DNA of 64,000 nucleotides from a plasmid: sequence record NZ_CP118944.1. One strand, written 5' to 3'. The notes below the pieces were generated by a model. The model was not told the DNA's origin. It ran no database searches and saw only the letters and a program-made list of their open reading frames with translations. The translations under genes and the position numbers were made by a program. Shown here in pieces: positions 39,433-49,463 of this stretch; the first letter of the stretch is position 1; the number at the start of each line of letters is the position of its first letter.

Positions 39433-41600
39433 CAGTAATACTCCGGCTCGTCACCACCCGGCTCTTGGTGGTGATGGTTAATGTTGACCTCTTCGCGCCG
39501 CGCAGCTTCTTGCTGTGTCCGTTCGGATTTTTGGTAATTGGCGTAAAGCTCCTCGTCGTAAAGCACCCCATTCTCATCGACCCCCGCAGGGCGAGGGGGG
39601 CGCATGGTGATCTCCTGGTCTCGACCGGCAGGCTGCACTTGCGTCGCGGCACTCTGGGCGCTGGTGTCCGTGGCTTGAGCCGCTTGAGCGGGGATGGTTG
39701 CAGGCGCAGGGCTAGGTGGTGTTGGCGGTGCAGACATGGGGGGGCTGCCCTCTGCTGCCAGGGCGACAACCGCAGGGAGCACGCCGGGGGTGACGTTGTC
39801 GAAGATCTTGCCAGTCTCGTTGAGACGCTGGGTGATCTCGTCGTCCACTTCGGGATCCAGGCTGGACTGGATATCCCGCTCTGGCAGGGACTCGGCAATT
39901 TTCTCCTTCTTCACGAATTTGAGTGTCATGCGCACCACCGGGAAGTTGCCAGGTAATGTCACGAAACAGTCCAGGTTGTCGAGCATCTGGATGTCGGTGT
40001 AGCTGACAATATTGACGCGCTCCTCATCCTTGCCAAACGAGATACCGTCACGCACCTGATCGGCACCGAAACTGGTCTGCTCGGAGAACTTCTTGCGCAC
40101 GGTTTCACCGATATCCTCCTCGACAAATTTGGCGACGGAGGCAGAGGGGGAGCGAAAGAAATACTTGGTGTTGAGCAGGTCATACATGGCCTCGGCAAAT
40201 TTATTGCCGTAAATCTCCTCGAGCTGCGAGTAGGACTGGAAGCCCAACGCAAAACAGCCGCCGAACTTGCGGGCCTCGGCGATGATGAACGGCAGGCTCG
40301 GCAGCTTGTGCAGGGAGGGCAGCTCGTCATAGAAGAACCACACGCGCCGGTAGCGGTTTTCGCCCATTGATAGCAGGCTGTTGGCGGCAATGCTGAGCCA
40401 CATCGAGATCAAGGGTTTGAGGGATTCGTGGTGTTTTTGGTTGGAGGTGATGAACAACCAGCCATTTTCACCACCGTCACGGACACCCTGCATCCACTGG
40501 CGAATGGTAAAGGGTTTACCTTTGCGCTCAATGCCCTGCAGATAGCGCATCGCCTTAACGTAGTTGGTCAACACGCTTCGAATAGAGATGGCGGTTTTTT
40601 CTATCTTGCCGTCAACCAGGTTGGCTGCGGGCGTCCCTGCCAGAAACTCGCGCAGTTTATCGAGGGTGATGGCCAGGAGGGTGCGCAGGAACAAGTTATA
40701 GCTGCGCCCTTTTTCAGTGCGCAGGCGGTGGGCACCTTCGGCAAAGATAGTGCGGGCCGAGCCCTGCCAGAAGGGGTCTTCCGAGGAGCCCATCGGAATA
40801 AGGGTGGTGGCTGCCGATTCGAGATCGGGCAAGGTCTGGCACTCTTCCCACATATCCCAGTTGGCGCAGCGTTGATCCAGGGGGTTAAGGATGATGTCGC
40901 GGCATTCTTGATAATACTCTTCGACAAAGGTGCAGCCCTTGTCATAAATAATGACCATATCCCCGCGCTGACGGCACTGGTCGAGAAATTTGCGCATGAG
41001 CGTCGATTTACCCGAACCCACGGTACCATGCATGGCGAAGTTCTGAATTTCGCTGTCTTTGATAATGGGGAGATCATCCACGATGATATCGGAGGCTACT
41101 TTTTGGCGACGCATCATGCGGGCGACTTTTTTCGGGTTGTCACTCAGGGTGCGCCCGCCGGTTATCTCGTCTTCACTCTGCTTTTTGCCCAATATACCAA
41201 TATACAAATAGAACAGCAGGCCAGCGACAAACACGATGACCATCGAGGATAAAGCGGCAATAATGAGTTCGTTCTTGAATAGCTGTCCGCAATAGACCGT
41301 GTAGGCATCACTCAATATCTGCTTGGTGTTGTAGTGCAGGACACGCTCATAATATTGGATCTTGTAGGTCGGCGGATTGGTCATGAATTTATGCAACGGT
41401 TCAATGGTGGTTGCATACCAGTACATGAGACCGTTGATCAGGTTTTGGGTGCTGACGCGATAAAACAAAATCGACCCGGTCAGGACAATAAAGGACAAAA
41501 TAAGCCAATAGGATAGAATGTTGTTTATTTGCAGGAACATGCGCAGACGCATAAACGCGACTTGCCCGCCCTGCGTCACATCGCGGGTGTTTAAGCTCAT
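39432..41600 (-). CDS. traD: Type IV coupling protein TraD
   Basis: 722 aa. N-terminal TM segments, Walker A MHGTVGSGKST, C-terminal Pro/Gln-rich tail (…PPTPPSPAPATIPAQAAQ…) as in F TraD. Confidence 0.93.
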   Translation of the reverse strand: MSLNTRDVTQGGQVAFMRLRMFLQINNILSYWLILSFIVLTGSILFYRVSTQNLINGLMYWYATTIEPLHKFMTNPPTYKIQYYERVLHYNTKQILSDAYTVYCGQLFKNELIIAALSSMVIVFVAGLLFYLYIGILGKKQSEDEITGGRTLSDNPKKVARMMRRQKVASDIIVDDLPIIKDSEIQNFAMHGTVGSGKSTLMRKFLDQCRQRGDMVIIYDKGCTFVEEYYQECRDIILNPLDQRCANWDMWEECQTLPDLESAATTLIPMGSSEDPFWQGSARTIFAEGAHRLRTEKGRSYNLFLRTLLAITLDKLREFLAGTPAANLVDGKIEKTAISIRSVLTNYVKAMRYLQGIERKGKPFTIRQWMQGVRDGGENGWLFITSNQKHHESLKPLISMWLSIAANSLLSMGENRYRRVWFFYDELPSLHKLPSLPFIIAEARKFGGCFALGFQSYSQLEEIYGNKFAEAMYDLLNTKYFFRSPSASVAKFVEEDIGETVRKKFSEQTSFGADQVRDGISFGKDEERVNIVSYTDIQMLDNLDCFVTLPGNFPVVRMTLKFVKKEKIAESLPERDIQSSLDPEVDDEITQRLNETGKIFDNVTPGVLPAVVALAAEGSPPMSAPPTPPSPAPATIPAQAAQATDTSAQSAATQVQPAGRDQEITMRPPRPAGVDENGVLYDEELYANYQKSERTQQEAARREEVNINHHHQEPGGDEPEYY

Positions 41601-41658
41601 GATATTGCCTCAAGGATAGGGGGGGTGAGCTCCCCCTGATATTAACTGTCAACAGGTC

Positions 41659-42393
41659 TTAGAATATGCCCGCGACCGATTTTGAAAGTTGGTCTTCCAG
41701 TGCCGTTTTGGCGTCTTTAAATTCCAGATTCATCTGGTTGGCATTGCTCACTACGCGGGTTTGATATTTATGGCGATCACCCTGGGCGGTGCTGGTTTGC
41801 ACTTTACCGCCAGACGTTCCCTGTTTGAGCATGGCAATGTTATCGGTGGTCACGGTGACCCCCTTGGGGGCTTTCTCAGCAATTTGCAGGTCGGTGACCA
41901 TGGTGTAATTGGTATCTTCCACCATGGCATCGGCGGCAACCCCGACGAGCGCCCCGACCAGGCCCGCGCCCAAAGCAGCCCCGCCAGAGGAGCTATTATA
42001 GCCGACCACCCCCGCAGCAGCCGCAGCGCCAAAGGCCCCGGCACCATATCCGGATATGAGGGTGTTTTCGGCATCCCGCAAATTCATTTTACCCACCGAG
42101 AGGACGTTTGCCTGGATCCAGTATTGCGCCGTGTCCGGGTTGGTGGAGATGGACATGCCCTTGTTCTGCAAGGCCTGGCGCAACTTGGGCTCAAGGCTCA
42201 GATCTTGCTCGGTACTGGTGTTGCGGATCTGCAGATATACGGTGCGCTCTGCGGCGGGCTCAAGGAAGATGGTTTCGCTCATCTTGGTTTGCACATCGAG
42301 ATTGCGTTTGGCTACTGCGGTGTGTACGGCTGAGCATCCTGCCAGACCGAGCATGGAGACCGTCACCACGGCCAGAACTGTTTTTTTCATCAT
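41659..42393 (-). CDS. traT: Surface exclusion / serum resistance lipoprotein TraT
   Basis: 244 aa. The lipobox LAGC sits in the signal peptide. …VAKRNLDVQTKMSETIFLEPAAERTVYLQIRNTS…YWIQANVL…YKTRVVSNAN… closely parallels F TraT. Confidence 0.9.
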   Translation of the reverse strand: MMKKTVLAVVTVSMLGLAGCSAVHTAVAKRNLDVQTKMSETIFLEPAAERTVYLQIRNTSTEQDLSLEPKLRQALQNKGMSISTNPDTAQYWIQANVLSVGKMNLRDAENTLISGYGAGAFGAAAAAGVVGYNSSSGGAALGAGLVGALVGVAADAMVEDTNYTMVTDLQIAEKAPKGVTVTTDNIAMLKQGTSGGKVQTSTAQGDRHKYQTRVVSNANQMNLEFKDAKTALEDQLSKSVAGIF

Positions 42394-42414
42394 TGTTGTA
42401 CTCTCTTTTTGTTG

Positions 42415-43005
42415 TTAAATATCTAACCTTTCCAATTGCTCAGGATCCAGCTTATCCCCGTCTCGCCATGCTTTGATGACAGCACTGAATACGGCAAGAT
42501 CGTAACGGCCTAAATCGGCCAGCGCGATAAACCAAAGGATCAGCAATGATGCGAATTGCGTAGTGTAAGATAACATGAGTGACAGCGTTAAAAATTTAAC
42601 GGCGATACTTGTCAAAATGTTCAAACCCAACCACACACCTGAATAATACATGGTCTTACGTCTGATAAGATTAACAATCAGACTCTGCTCCCTAATTTCG
42701 ACAGGCAAGGATAGGTATTTGCTTCTCATGCTGGTAATGCCGATAAAAATGAAAAATCCAAATATAAAAAACATTAGTAGTGGAATCAGATCATCCAGCC
42801 TAGCCATTAGGTCTAAATCATATTTTTGAAAGTACGCTAGATTTGAAAAAAGATTCCATAATGGCATGATGAGCATGCAGAGCATTACAGCGAGACCAGG
42901 CATGGCACATGATAGAAAAGGCGGGATCGCCACATCTTGTTGCTTCAAGGTGCTAGAGATAAACGCGATATCATCAGTTATTGCCTTTTTTGTTATGTTC
43001 ATCAC
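42415..43005 (-). CDS. traS: Putative entry-exclusion inner-membrane protein (TraS-position)
   Basis: 196 aa, 4-5 hydrophobic segments, AT-rich. Lies between traG and traT as traS does in F. Sequence not conserved (expected for TraS). Confidence 0.4.
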   Translation of the reverse strand: MMNITKKAITDDIAFISSTLKQQDVAIPPFLSCAMPGLAVMLCMLIMPLWNLFSNLAYFQKYDLDLMARLDDLIPLLMFFIFGFFIFIGITSMRSKYLSLPVEIREQSLIVNLIRRKTMYYSGVWLGLNILTSIAVKFLTLSLMLSYTTQFASLLILWFIALADLGRYDLAVFSAVIKAWRDGDKLDPEQLERLDI

Positions 43006-43270
43006 TTGTTCTCCCTGTTAAGTAACTCATTTGCTTGCTTTTCAATTTCAGCTATTCGTGGGTCTTTTTTACCCTGGTGTATCACGGCCTCTGCGTGCTT
43101 ATCTTCAAACTGACCGGCTGCCTGTGATTGCTCAGATTGAATATGTTGGCGATCCCTTAATATATCATCCTGCGCATGGCTAATCGAATCATTATTTCGT
43201 GAAATAACCTGACCGTTATCACCTATTTGACTATCAACCCGTTGCTGTGTGTCATCGGCTATTCCCGCCA
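43002..43270 (-). pseudogene. traG: Detached 3' fragment of traG (last ~85 codons) separated from the gene by the IS4-family insertion
   Basis: After removal of IS plus one TSD copy, the reading frame joins …KFNKLANMAGI|ADDTQQRVDSQIG… continuously (see finding). Confidence 0.7.
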
Positions 43271-44659
43271 CATGTACAGAACCTTAAGCGGCAAGCGAAT
43301 TAATAATACCGTCTAACGTGTTGTTTTGCTTGGATTTTCTCTGCCTACTCTTTTTGCCGTTTTTGGATAAATACACCATTGCCCACTCCAACTTCTCTGT
43401 TATTTCCTGCCACGCACCATGGATGATGCTCGCCAATATCGGCATTAACCAAAGCGCGCTGTTTTTGGCAATCTTCAGCATCGATAACTCCGCGCTGCCA
43501 ATCAGCGTCAGCGCCAGCCGACGTTTGACCAGCAAGGCCAGCAAACTAGCCCAGATCAAGCCTTCCGCTATCGCTTTTTGTCGTGTCGCGAACGCCTTCA
43601 ACCGGTTATGTGATTTCAGCTCTTTGAACAACAGTTCGATCTGCCAACGGCAACGATACAATGCCATCACCTTCTCGGCTGGCCATCGCTCACGCGGAAG
43701 ATTGGTCATCCATATACAGAACCGTTTTTCCTCTGCAAACCAACGTCTTATGAGTCGATATTTATACTTTCCCGAACTCACATCCAGATCCAGAACCTCG
43801 GCTCTGCAGCTTCTCCGATCGATATCCTTGAGCTTTTTTCCGAGTAACTTGGGCATTTCCCTGCCGTCCTGTCGGTAAGCTGCCTGTACTTTGGGATTGA
43901 GATTTTGACTCCCTCTGACCAGATAGCTTCCTTTGGCTTTGGTCACATCAGCAAAGTACTCGCGGCTGATGTAACCGGCATCCGCCAATAACAGTTTGTT
44001 ATTTAACGAATTTGCGGCCGGAAGATGCTTGCGCTCCGATTCGGTATCCGCCGTGATACTCATCGATATCGGCGACTGGTCCAGCAAGGACATGGTCATA
44101 TGACACTCTACCGCAGCGGGGCTGTGCTTATTGAATCGGCCCGGGAAATGTTCTGCCAATTGCGGATGTAACGCGAATGACGACCCGTCCTGCAGCAGTA
44201 CCTGCTCAAAGCCTGCCAGTCCGTGGGCGTCCGGTAGACACTCCTTGAGGCGTAAGGCGATGGCTCGTTCAACCAGTGCGCGCATGAACAAGGGAAAACC
44301 CTGCTTGCGTAACTGGTTGTGAAAGGGTTTATACGCTATTTGGTCAGTATCATGGAGCTGCAACGCATTGAAATGGCGATGCAAACCAGCAATACCATCC
44401 ACCTTGTCGCAACCAAGCCCTGAGAGCAGAGCCGGGAGTAGTCTCGCAGGCTGGATATCCCGGAGTCGCTGACAAAAACCGGTAAATTTACCGATCCGGT
44501 TGAGTTCAGAAGAGCTAAGAAGTTGCTTGAGGTACTGGGTTGCATTGATAATAGTCATGGCTTCGGGCGTGTCGGTTTTTTTTTGCGATTAAATCAGATC
44601 ACAAACGAAGCCTTTTTTCTATCTATTTCAATTGGTTGTAGCTAAAGATCCTGTACATG
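43271..44659 (-). mobile_element. IS4-family insertion sequence (1389 bp) with terminal IRs CATGTACAG…CTGTACATG and 10-bp target-site duplication ATTCCCGCCA (43261-43270 and 44660-44669)
   Basis: TSD and IRs read directly from sequence. A 10-13-bp TSD is typical of the IS4 family. Confidence 0.85.
43284..44558 (-). CDS. IS4-family DDE transposase
   Basis: 424 aa. C-terminal YRCRWQIELLFKELK matches the Y-(2)-R-(3)-E-(6)-K signature of IS4-family transposases. Confidence 0.8.
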   Translation of the reverse strand: MTIINATQYLKQLLSSSELNRIGKFTGFCQRLRDIQPARLLPALLSGLGCDKVDGIAGLHRHFNALQLHDTDQIAYKPFHNQLRKQGFPLFMRALVERAIALRLKECLPDAHGLAGFEQVLLQDGSSFALHPQLAEHFPGRFNKHSPAAVECHMTMSLLDQSPISMSITADTESERKHLPAANSLNNKLLLADAGYISREYFADVTKAKGSYLVRGSQNLNPKVQAAYRQDGREMPKLLGKKLKDIDRRSCRAEVLDLDVSSGKYKYRLIRRWFAEEKRFCIWMTNLPRERWPAEKVMALYRCRWQIELLFKELKSHNRLKAFATRQKAIAEGLIWASLLALLVKRRLALTLIGSAELSMLKIAKNSALWLMPILASIIHGAWQEITEKLEWAMVYLSKNGKKSRQRKSKQNNTLDGIINSLAA

Positions 44660-47241
44660 ATTCCCGCCATATTGGCCAGTTTATTAAATTTATCCGTGTG
44701 ACTGGCCATCGTATTGTTGCCTGACGGTCCTTGTGGCTGAACGGTTTCCATGCCGTCAGTGAGCGATGAGCGGTGTTGTTGATAGTCTCCTTCTACCCGC
44801 GAGCGCAGTGTGTCTTCCATAAACTGGCCTGCCAGCTGCTCGCGCTCAGCGCGGACTTCCGAGCTGGCGGTATTGGTGAGCAGTTCGTCCGCCTTGGCCG
44901 GGGCGTGTTGCTGCACGTAGCCGACAAACTCCTGGGCGTAGTTGCTCTGCATGTTGGCACTGGTGGTGTCGCTACTTGACGCCATCTGGCTGTATTCGTG
45001 GCTGCGATTCAGACTCGAGGTGTATTGGCTGTATTGACTGTCGGCCACGCTCAGGGTTGCGCCCAGCTGGTCAAGCTGAGTATTGGCGGTGTTGTCGGTA
45101 TGGCTGCCAGAGTGCGATACACGATAGCTTTGCACCATGTCCTTGCCCTGGCGGAAGTCTTTGAGCTCCTGACTGGACTGGTCGGCAGAGTGATCCCGGG
45201 TTTGCTGTCCGCCATGGGTGGTGCTGTCCGTTGAACCTGAACTGGCTGAACCACTCCCACCGGCATAGAACTCTCCGCCTGCAGAGCCTCCGAAGGCCAG
45301 ACTGGCTATTTTTCCGAGCGCGGCCTTGTCCGAATCAACGCGGCCATAAGCCTTCGCCCCAGCATGGACCTCACCTCGGGTTGACTTGTCCATCAGCTCG
45401 TTAAACGCCTGGTTTTCACTGATGTTGTTGCGAGCCGCATAGGATTGGGCCGCCGAGACCATCATGCTGGCCCCTTTTGTTTGTGAGGTGGACTGGCTAC
45501 TGTCGGCGCCGGTGGTCATGCTGCTGCTGTTGCCTGACTGCGTCGAGAACTGCTTGGCCTGGTTAAAGGCACTGTTGACCGCATGGTTGTACCCGGCGAG
45601 TGAACTTTCGGCCTGGGTTTCACTCTCTCTGGCGAGGCGCTGCGCCGTACTGCTCATCGCCTTGCCAAAGTTGATATCAACCGGCAGTTTCGACATGGCC
45701 GGGGATGAGTTATAGACACTGCCACCGCCCGCTGTTTGCGTCACCAGTGCGCCGTTATTGGTCTGGGCGGTCATCTGGCCATTGGCAAAGGAGGAGTTGG
45801 TGTCCCACTTGCCGCCAGTCACGTTGTCGGTCTGCATGTTGTTAAACGACCAGTTACCATCGACCGCTTGCGACGCCGATTGTGTCGATGCGCTTTGCAT
45901 GGCATTGCCCAGATAGCTACCGGCTTGCGAGACCGCACTGCCCATGCCCTTCACAATGCCGTAGGCCAGGAACGGAATGGACAATGCCAGCCAGCCTGCG
46001 GTGGTGCCAATATCAGAATATTGCTGTTGCACCTGGGAAAGATTGGAGAGCGTGACGTTGATGCCGCCCGAGGATGATTTCAGGTAGAAGTTCATGGCGT
46101 TGTTCAAAATGGCGAACAATATTGGCCAGGTCTGCAGGTACGCGAGGGTGAAGACATACCCCTTGAGCACTTCCAGGGTGAGCACACTCATGATGGCCAG
46201 CAACATGACGATGGGGAACAACCCAATCATCATGCCAAACAGCACGGTTTGCATGATGGGCAAGGTGTGGGTCGCCATGTTGGCCCCGGTGGCTTGCGAC
46301 ATGCGCAGCTTGGCAAAACTGGACTCGGTAGAGAGGTTGACCAGGCTGGCGGTATCGCCGTTACGAGCACCGTAACTGGTAATACCCTTGCGCAGCGCAC
46401 TCATCGTCACGTTCTTTTTCATGATCTCGCTGGCGCTCTGACCGCCACCATAAAAGAAGCTGTAACTGTCGCCCATCATGGTGCCAAAGAGGGTGGTGGC
46501 ATTGGGTTTGCCGCCAAAGAGCTTGTGCACATAGTAAGACCACGTCTCTCCACCGGGGGCGCTGTCGAGGTTCATTGCATTTTGTAACTGGCCCGCTGCC
46601 CACTGGCAGGTCTGGAAATTGCCGTTTTGGTCATAGACCCCGCGCAGGGGACTCGGGCGTGAGAAAATGAGGCTGTATGGGTCTGGACTTCGCATCAGAT
46701 CGTCAAGGCTGTATTTGTGATTGAGCATGATGTCGCCGACCACGCAATTTTGCACATAATCGGAGAACAGACCGGCAATGGCCGGATTGGTCGACATAAA
46801 ATCGGTGCTGCTGCCGACCAGATTGGCCCCAAACAGCATGCCGGTTTTGCTGTAGGTCATGGCGTCAGGTTGGTGAAAGACCGTCTCGTAAGCGACGGTG
46901 ATGGCGTGACCCACTGAACTTATCAGGCTGGCGGGCAACACCAGCCCCACCGGCACGTTATCGACCTGATAGACGGCGGTGGCGTCGGATATGTCAATGA
47001 CCTGCACAGACCGTTTGCTCCCGAGCAATACGCCGGTGACCAGCACGAAGGCGGCGACCCACTTGAGCGTGGTCATCAGATCGTGGGTGCGCACATAGGT
47101 GATGGCGGCGATGATCACCGACAAGATGGTGGCCATCTTGATGAGGTAAACCCAGTCTCCGCTGGACTGGGTAAACGCCGCAACGGCATTGAGCGAGTCT
47201 CGAAACCATGCCCCGCCGCTGATGGTGTAGATAGTGTCCAT
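44623..47241 (-). CDS. traG: Mating-pair stabilisation / pilus assembly protein TraG (3'-truncated; last 11 codons read into IS terminal sequence)
   Basis: 872 aa. N-terminal polytopic membrane region, long periplasmic C-terminal region, position traH-traG as in F. Confidence 0.88.
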   Translation of the reverse strand: MDTIYTISGGAWFRDSLNAVAAFTQSSGDWVYLIKMATILSVIIAAITYVRTHDLMTTLKWVAAFVLVTGVLLGSKRSVQVIDISDATAVYQVDNVPVGLVLPASLISSVGHAITVAYETVFHQPDAMTYSKTGMLFGANLVGSSTDFMSTNPAIAGLFSDYVQNCVVGDIMLNHKYSLDDLMRSPDPYSLIFSRPSPLRGVYDQNGNFQTCQWAAGQLQNAMNLDSAPGGETWSYYVHKLFGGKPNATTLFGTMMGDSYSFFYGGGQSASEIMKKNVTMSALRKGITSYGARNGDTASLVNLSTESSFAKLRMSQATGANMATHTLPIMQTVLFGMMIGLFPIVMLLAIMSVLTLEVLKGYVFTLAYLQTWPILFAILNNAMNFYLKSSSGGINVTLSNLSQVQQQYSDIGTTAGWLALSIPFLAYGIVKGMGSAVSQAGSYLGNAMQSASTQSASQAVDGNWSFNNMQTDNVTGGKWDTNSSFANGQMTAQTNNGALVTQTAGGGSVYNSSPAMSKLPVDINFGKAMSSTAQRLARESETQAESSLAGYNHAVNSAFNQAKQFSTQSGNSSSMTTGADSSQSTSQTKGASMMVSAAQSYAARNNISENQAFNELMDKSTRGEVHAGAKAYGRVDSDKAALGKIASLAFGGSAGGEFYAGGSGSASSGSTDSTTHGGQQTRDHSADQSSQELKDFRQGKDMVQSYRVSHSGSHTDNTANTQLDQLGATLSVADSQYSQYTSSLNRSHEYSQMASSSDTTSANMQSNYAQEFVGYVQQHAPAKADELLTNTASSEVRAEREQLAGQFMEDTLRSRVEGDYQQHRSSLTDGMETVQPQGPSGNNTMASHTDKFNKLANMAGIMYRIFSYNQLK

Positions 47242-48605
47242 TATGATCCTGCGCCCCCGAATCGGTAGTTGGATTGATAGCGTTCCAGCAAGCGGCTGGA
47301 GAGCTGCTGGCGCATGTAGCTCATCTGTCTGTCCACGACCATCAGCGCACTTTGATTGATCTGGACACGCGATTGCAGCACGGCGATGTTCTGGCTGGAC
47401 TGATTAAGACTTTGATGGAGTTGTTCGATGGCAGGCTCAGGGTAGTTGCTGCTGCCCAGCATGATCCTGGCTTGCTGGATCAACTCCTGCAGGTACTGCA
47501 TGAGAATGTCGTAACTGATGTAATCGGAGAGCTGGTAGAGCAGGCTGTTGGCCACCCCGAGTGATTGCGGATCGATGAGGTATTTCAGCACTGGCACGGA
47601 GGTCGAGCTGATAAAGCCCTTCTCCTTTTCGGTCAGGGGCGAGTCGGAGATCGCCTTGTTCTGGATGCTGGTCAACATGGCTTTCACTTGGCCGCTCAGG
47701 GCGTTGGTCTCACTGATAGAGACTGGCCGGATGGACGGGTTAAGGCACAGCGAAGTGGTATCGCAGGCGTAGATCTTGGCGCTGCCACCATTCATCATCG
47801 CCTTGATGATGTCCTCATTGGTGGTGAGCGCGACAAGCGGTTTGATCTCGCCTTTGTCATCGAAGATCAAGGTGCCGGTCAAACTCATGGCAAACTCTTT
47901 GAGCTCGCGGTTACTGCTGAACAGGCCATTTTTCCCCAGGGACTCCCACATCAGGTTTTTGTTTTTCAGCACCTGATCCTTGTTTTTGGCGTCTGCCTTG
48001 TCGGTCACGCTGCCATATTGGCCACCGAGGGTGCAGCCCTGGCGGGAGGCGGCCCAGTCGCTGAACAGGTTTTGCTCCCCAGAGATGTCCTGGCAGATCT
48101 TCTGCTGGCTGACTGCAGTTTTTGGCCATAGCCCGCCAACGATGCCTTGTGCCGCCTGGCAACTGCTCATGTTCATGGAGTTCACATCCGAGGCGAGCTT
48201 TTGCAGAAAGTCTTTAGCCTGCTTCATTTCCGGCACGGTGGTTTGCAGGGCCAGATCGAAAAAGTACCCGGCAGCGTTGCCCATGATCTGTTTGACGAAA
48301 CGTTGGAGCTGGTCGCCGGTGATATGGGAAAACGAGCCCAGGTAGGCATCGATGCCGCCGCACCCGGCATTGAGGCTGGGCACCTGCATCGAGAACAGCT
48401 GCACCTGCTTGACGGCAGTACGCATATAAATAGAGCCGCCGCTGGCATAGCCCGCGGCCTGGCCTTGCCAGGCATGGGGCATGGTGGTGTTGGTTTCAAA
48501 GCCCAGCTTGCCGAAAAAATCGTTCAGGTCGCTGTTCACATCCGCATTGACGGCGGTGCTCAGCAGCATCAGGGCGGCATAGCCGAATTGTTTAACGGGT
48601 CGCAT
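47241..48605 (-). CDS. traH: TraH (F-type T4SS pilus assembly protein)
   Basis: 454 aa, signal peptide, size and position as F TraH (458 aa). Confidence 0.85.
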   Translation of the reverse strand: MRPVKQFGYAALMLLSTAVNADVNSDLNDFFGKLGFETNTTMPHAWQGQAAGYASGGSIYMRTAVKQVQLFSMQVPSLNAGCGGIDAYLGSFSHITGDQLQRFVKQIMGNAAGYFFDLALQTTVPEMKQAKDFLQKLASDVNSMNMSSCQAAQGIVGGLWPKTAVSQQKICQDISGEQNLFSDWAASRQGCTLGGQYGSVTDKADAKNKDQVLKNKNLMWESLGKNGLFSSNRELKEFAMSLTGTLIFDDKGEIKPLVALTTNEDIIKAMMNGGSAKIYACDTTSLCLNPSIRPVSISETNALSGQVKAMLTSIQNKAISDSPLTEKEKGFISSTSVPVLKYLIDPQSLGVANSLLYQLSDYISYDILMQYLQELIQQARIMLGSSNYPEPAIEQLHQSLNQSSQNIAVLQSRVQINQSALMVVDRQMSYMRQQLSSRLLERYQSNYRFGGAGS

Positions 48606-49182
48606 GGCGGCCTCCTGCGCTCAGGGCTACCTGAAACACCTCATCGAGGCGCGTCATAAACACATCAGCGGCTACCGCGCCCTGAAACATCGGGAAGGTC
48701 ATCATGGTGTTGACGTTGACCAGGAACACCGTGGGGGTAGCGATGGGCAGGCCGTTGTTAAAAAACTCGACCATCACATCTGGCCCAGCCGGTAGCGCAG
48801 CAGGAAAGGCGGCGTCGCCCCGACCGTCCAGCGAGTAGGGGAATACGGCGATCCCGGTTTGCTCGCTTATCTGTTTAAGCACCGGGTCAAACTGGTGGCA
48901 GTAGGAGCAGGTGGACTGCATGAACAGCACCAGCTTCCAGTCTTCAACCCGGACGGCGCGGCCATCGCTTAACCGAAACGGGGGATGGTCGGCAGCCCGC
49001 GTTTGGGCCGAGGTGTCCTGTCTGGCCGCTTTGGCAGCATCGAGGCGGGCGATATCATCCCAGGTTGAGGCGGTGGCGCTCAAGCACAGCAGCCATGAGG
49101 TGAGTACAACCGTGCGAAGTGTGTTCACAGGCTTTCCCCCTGCGCCAGGCGCTCGCGGTAGTGCGTGCCAAAGGTCTGGCAA
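48592..49182 (-). CDS. trbB: TrbB-like thioredoxin-fold disulfide isomerase (start probably internal, ~49128)
   Basis: A CxxC motif (QSTCSYCHQF) lies in a thioredoxin-like context. Signal-peptide-like VNTLRTVVLTSWLLCLSATA. Confidence 0.65.
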   Translation of the reverse strand: MPDLWHALPRAPGAGGKPVNTLRTVVLTSWLLCLSATASTWDDIARLDAAKAARQDTSAQTRAADHPPFRLSDGRAVRVEDWKLVLFMQSTCSYCHQFDPVLKQISEQTGIAVFPYSLDGRGDAAFPAALPAGPDVMVEFFNNGLPIATPTVFLVNVNTMMTFPMFQGAVAADVFMTRLDEVFQVALSAGGRHATR

Positions 49183-49463
49183 AAGTCGACCTCATACCAG
49201 GCAAGGCAGACATCGGGGGGCATGTGAGAAACGGCAGACATGAATCCCGCGACCCCTCCATCGGTGACGTGGGGGTGGCCTGTGTCGGTGTGGGTATACC
49301 ACTGGGGATAGGTCTGCCGGTCGAGGATGGCCTGGTGCTGATGCGCGTCATCGGGACAGCAGATCCCCATAAAGGCGACATAGCGCCAGTGTGCCTGCTC
49401 CAGCAGCGTGAGTTGTTCGATATCCAGCAGTTGCAACTGCTCCAGTGCTTCCAGGTAGTTCAT
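49125..49463 (-). CDS. Hypothetical protein (112 aa) within tra operon
   Basis: ORF between traF and trbB. Not hydrophobic, so unlikely to be TraQ. Confidence 0.3.
   Translation of the reverse strand: MNYLEALEQLQLLDIEQLTLLEQAHWRYVAFMGICCPDDAHQHQAILDRQTYPQWYTHTDTGHPHVTDGGVAGFMSAVSHMPPDVCLAWYEVDFCQTFGTHYRERLAQGESL

Noticed and set aside
35326-41252. Plus-strand ORFs of 150-274 aa (e.g. 35326-35787, 37675-38436, 40428-41252) opposite traI and traD
   Set aside because: Antisense to long, well-supported tra genes. No independent motifs. GC-rich antisense ORFs are expected by chance.
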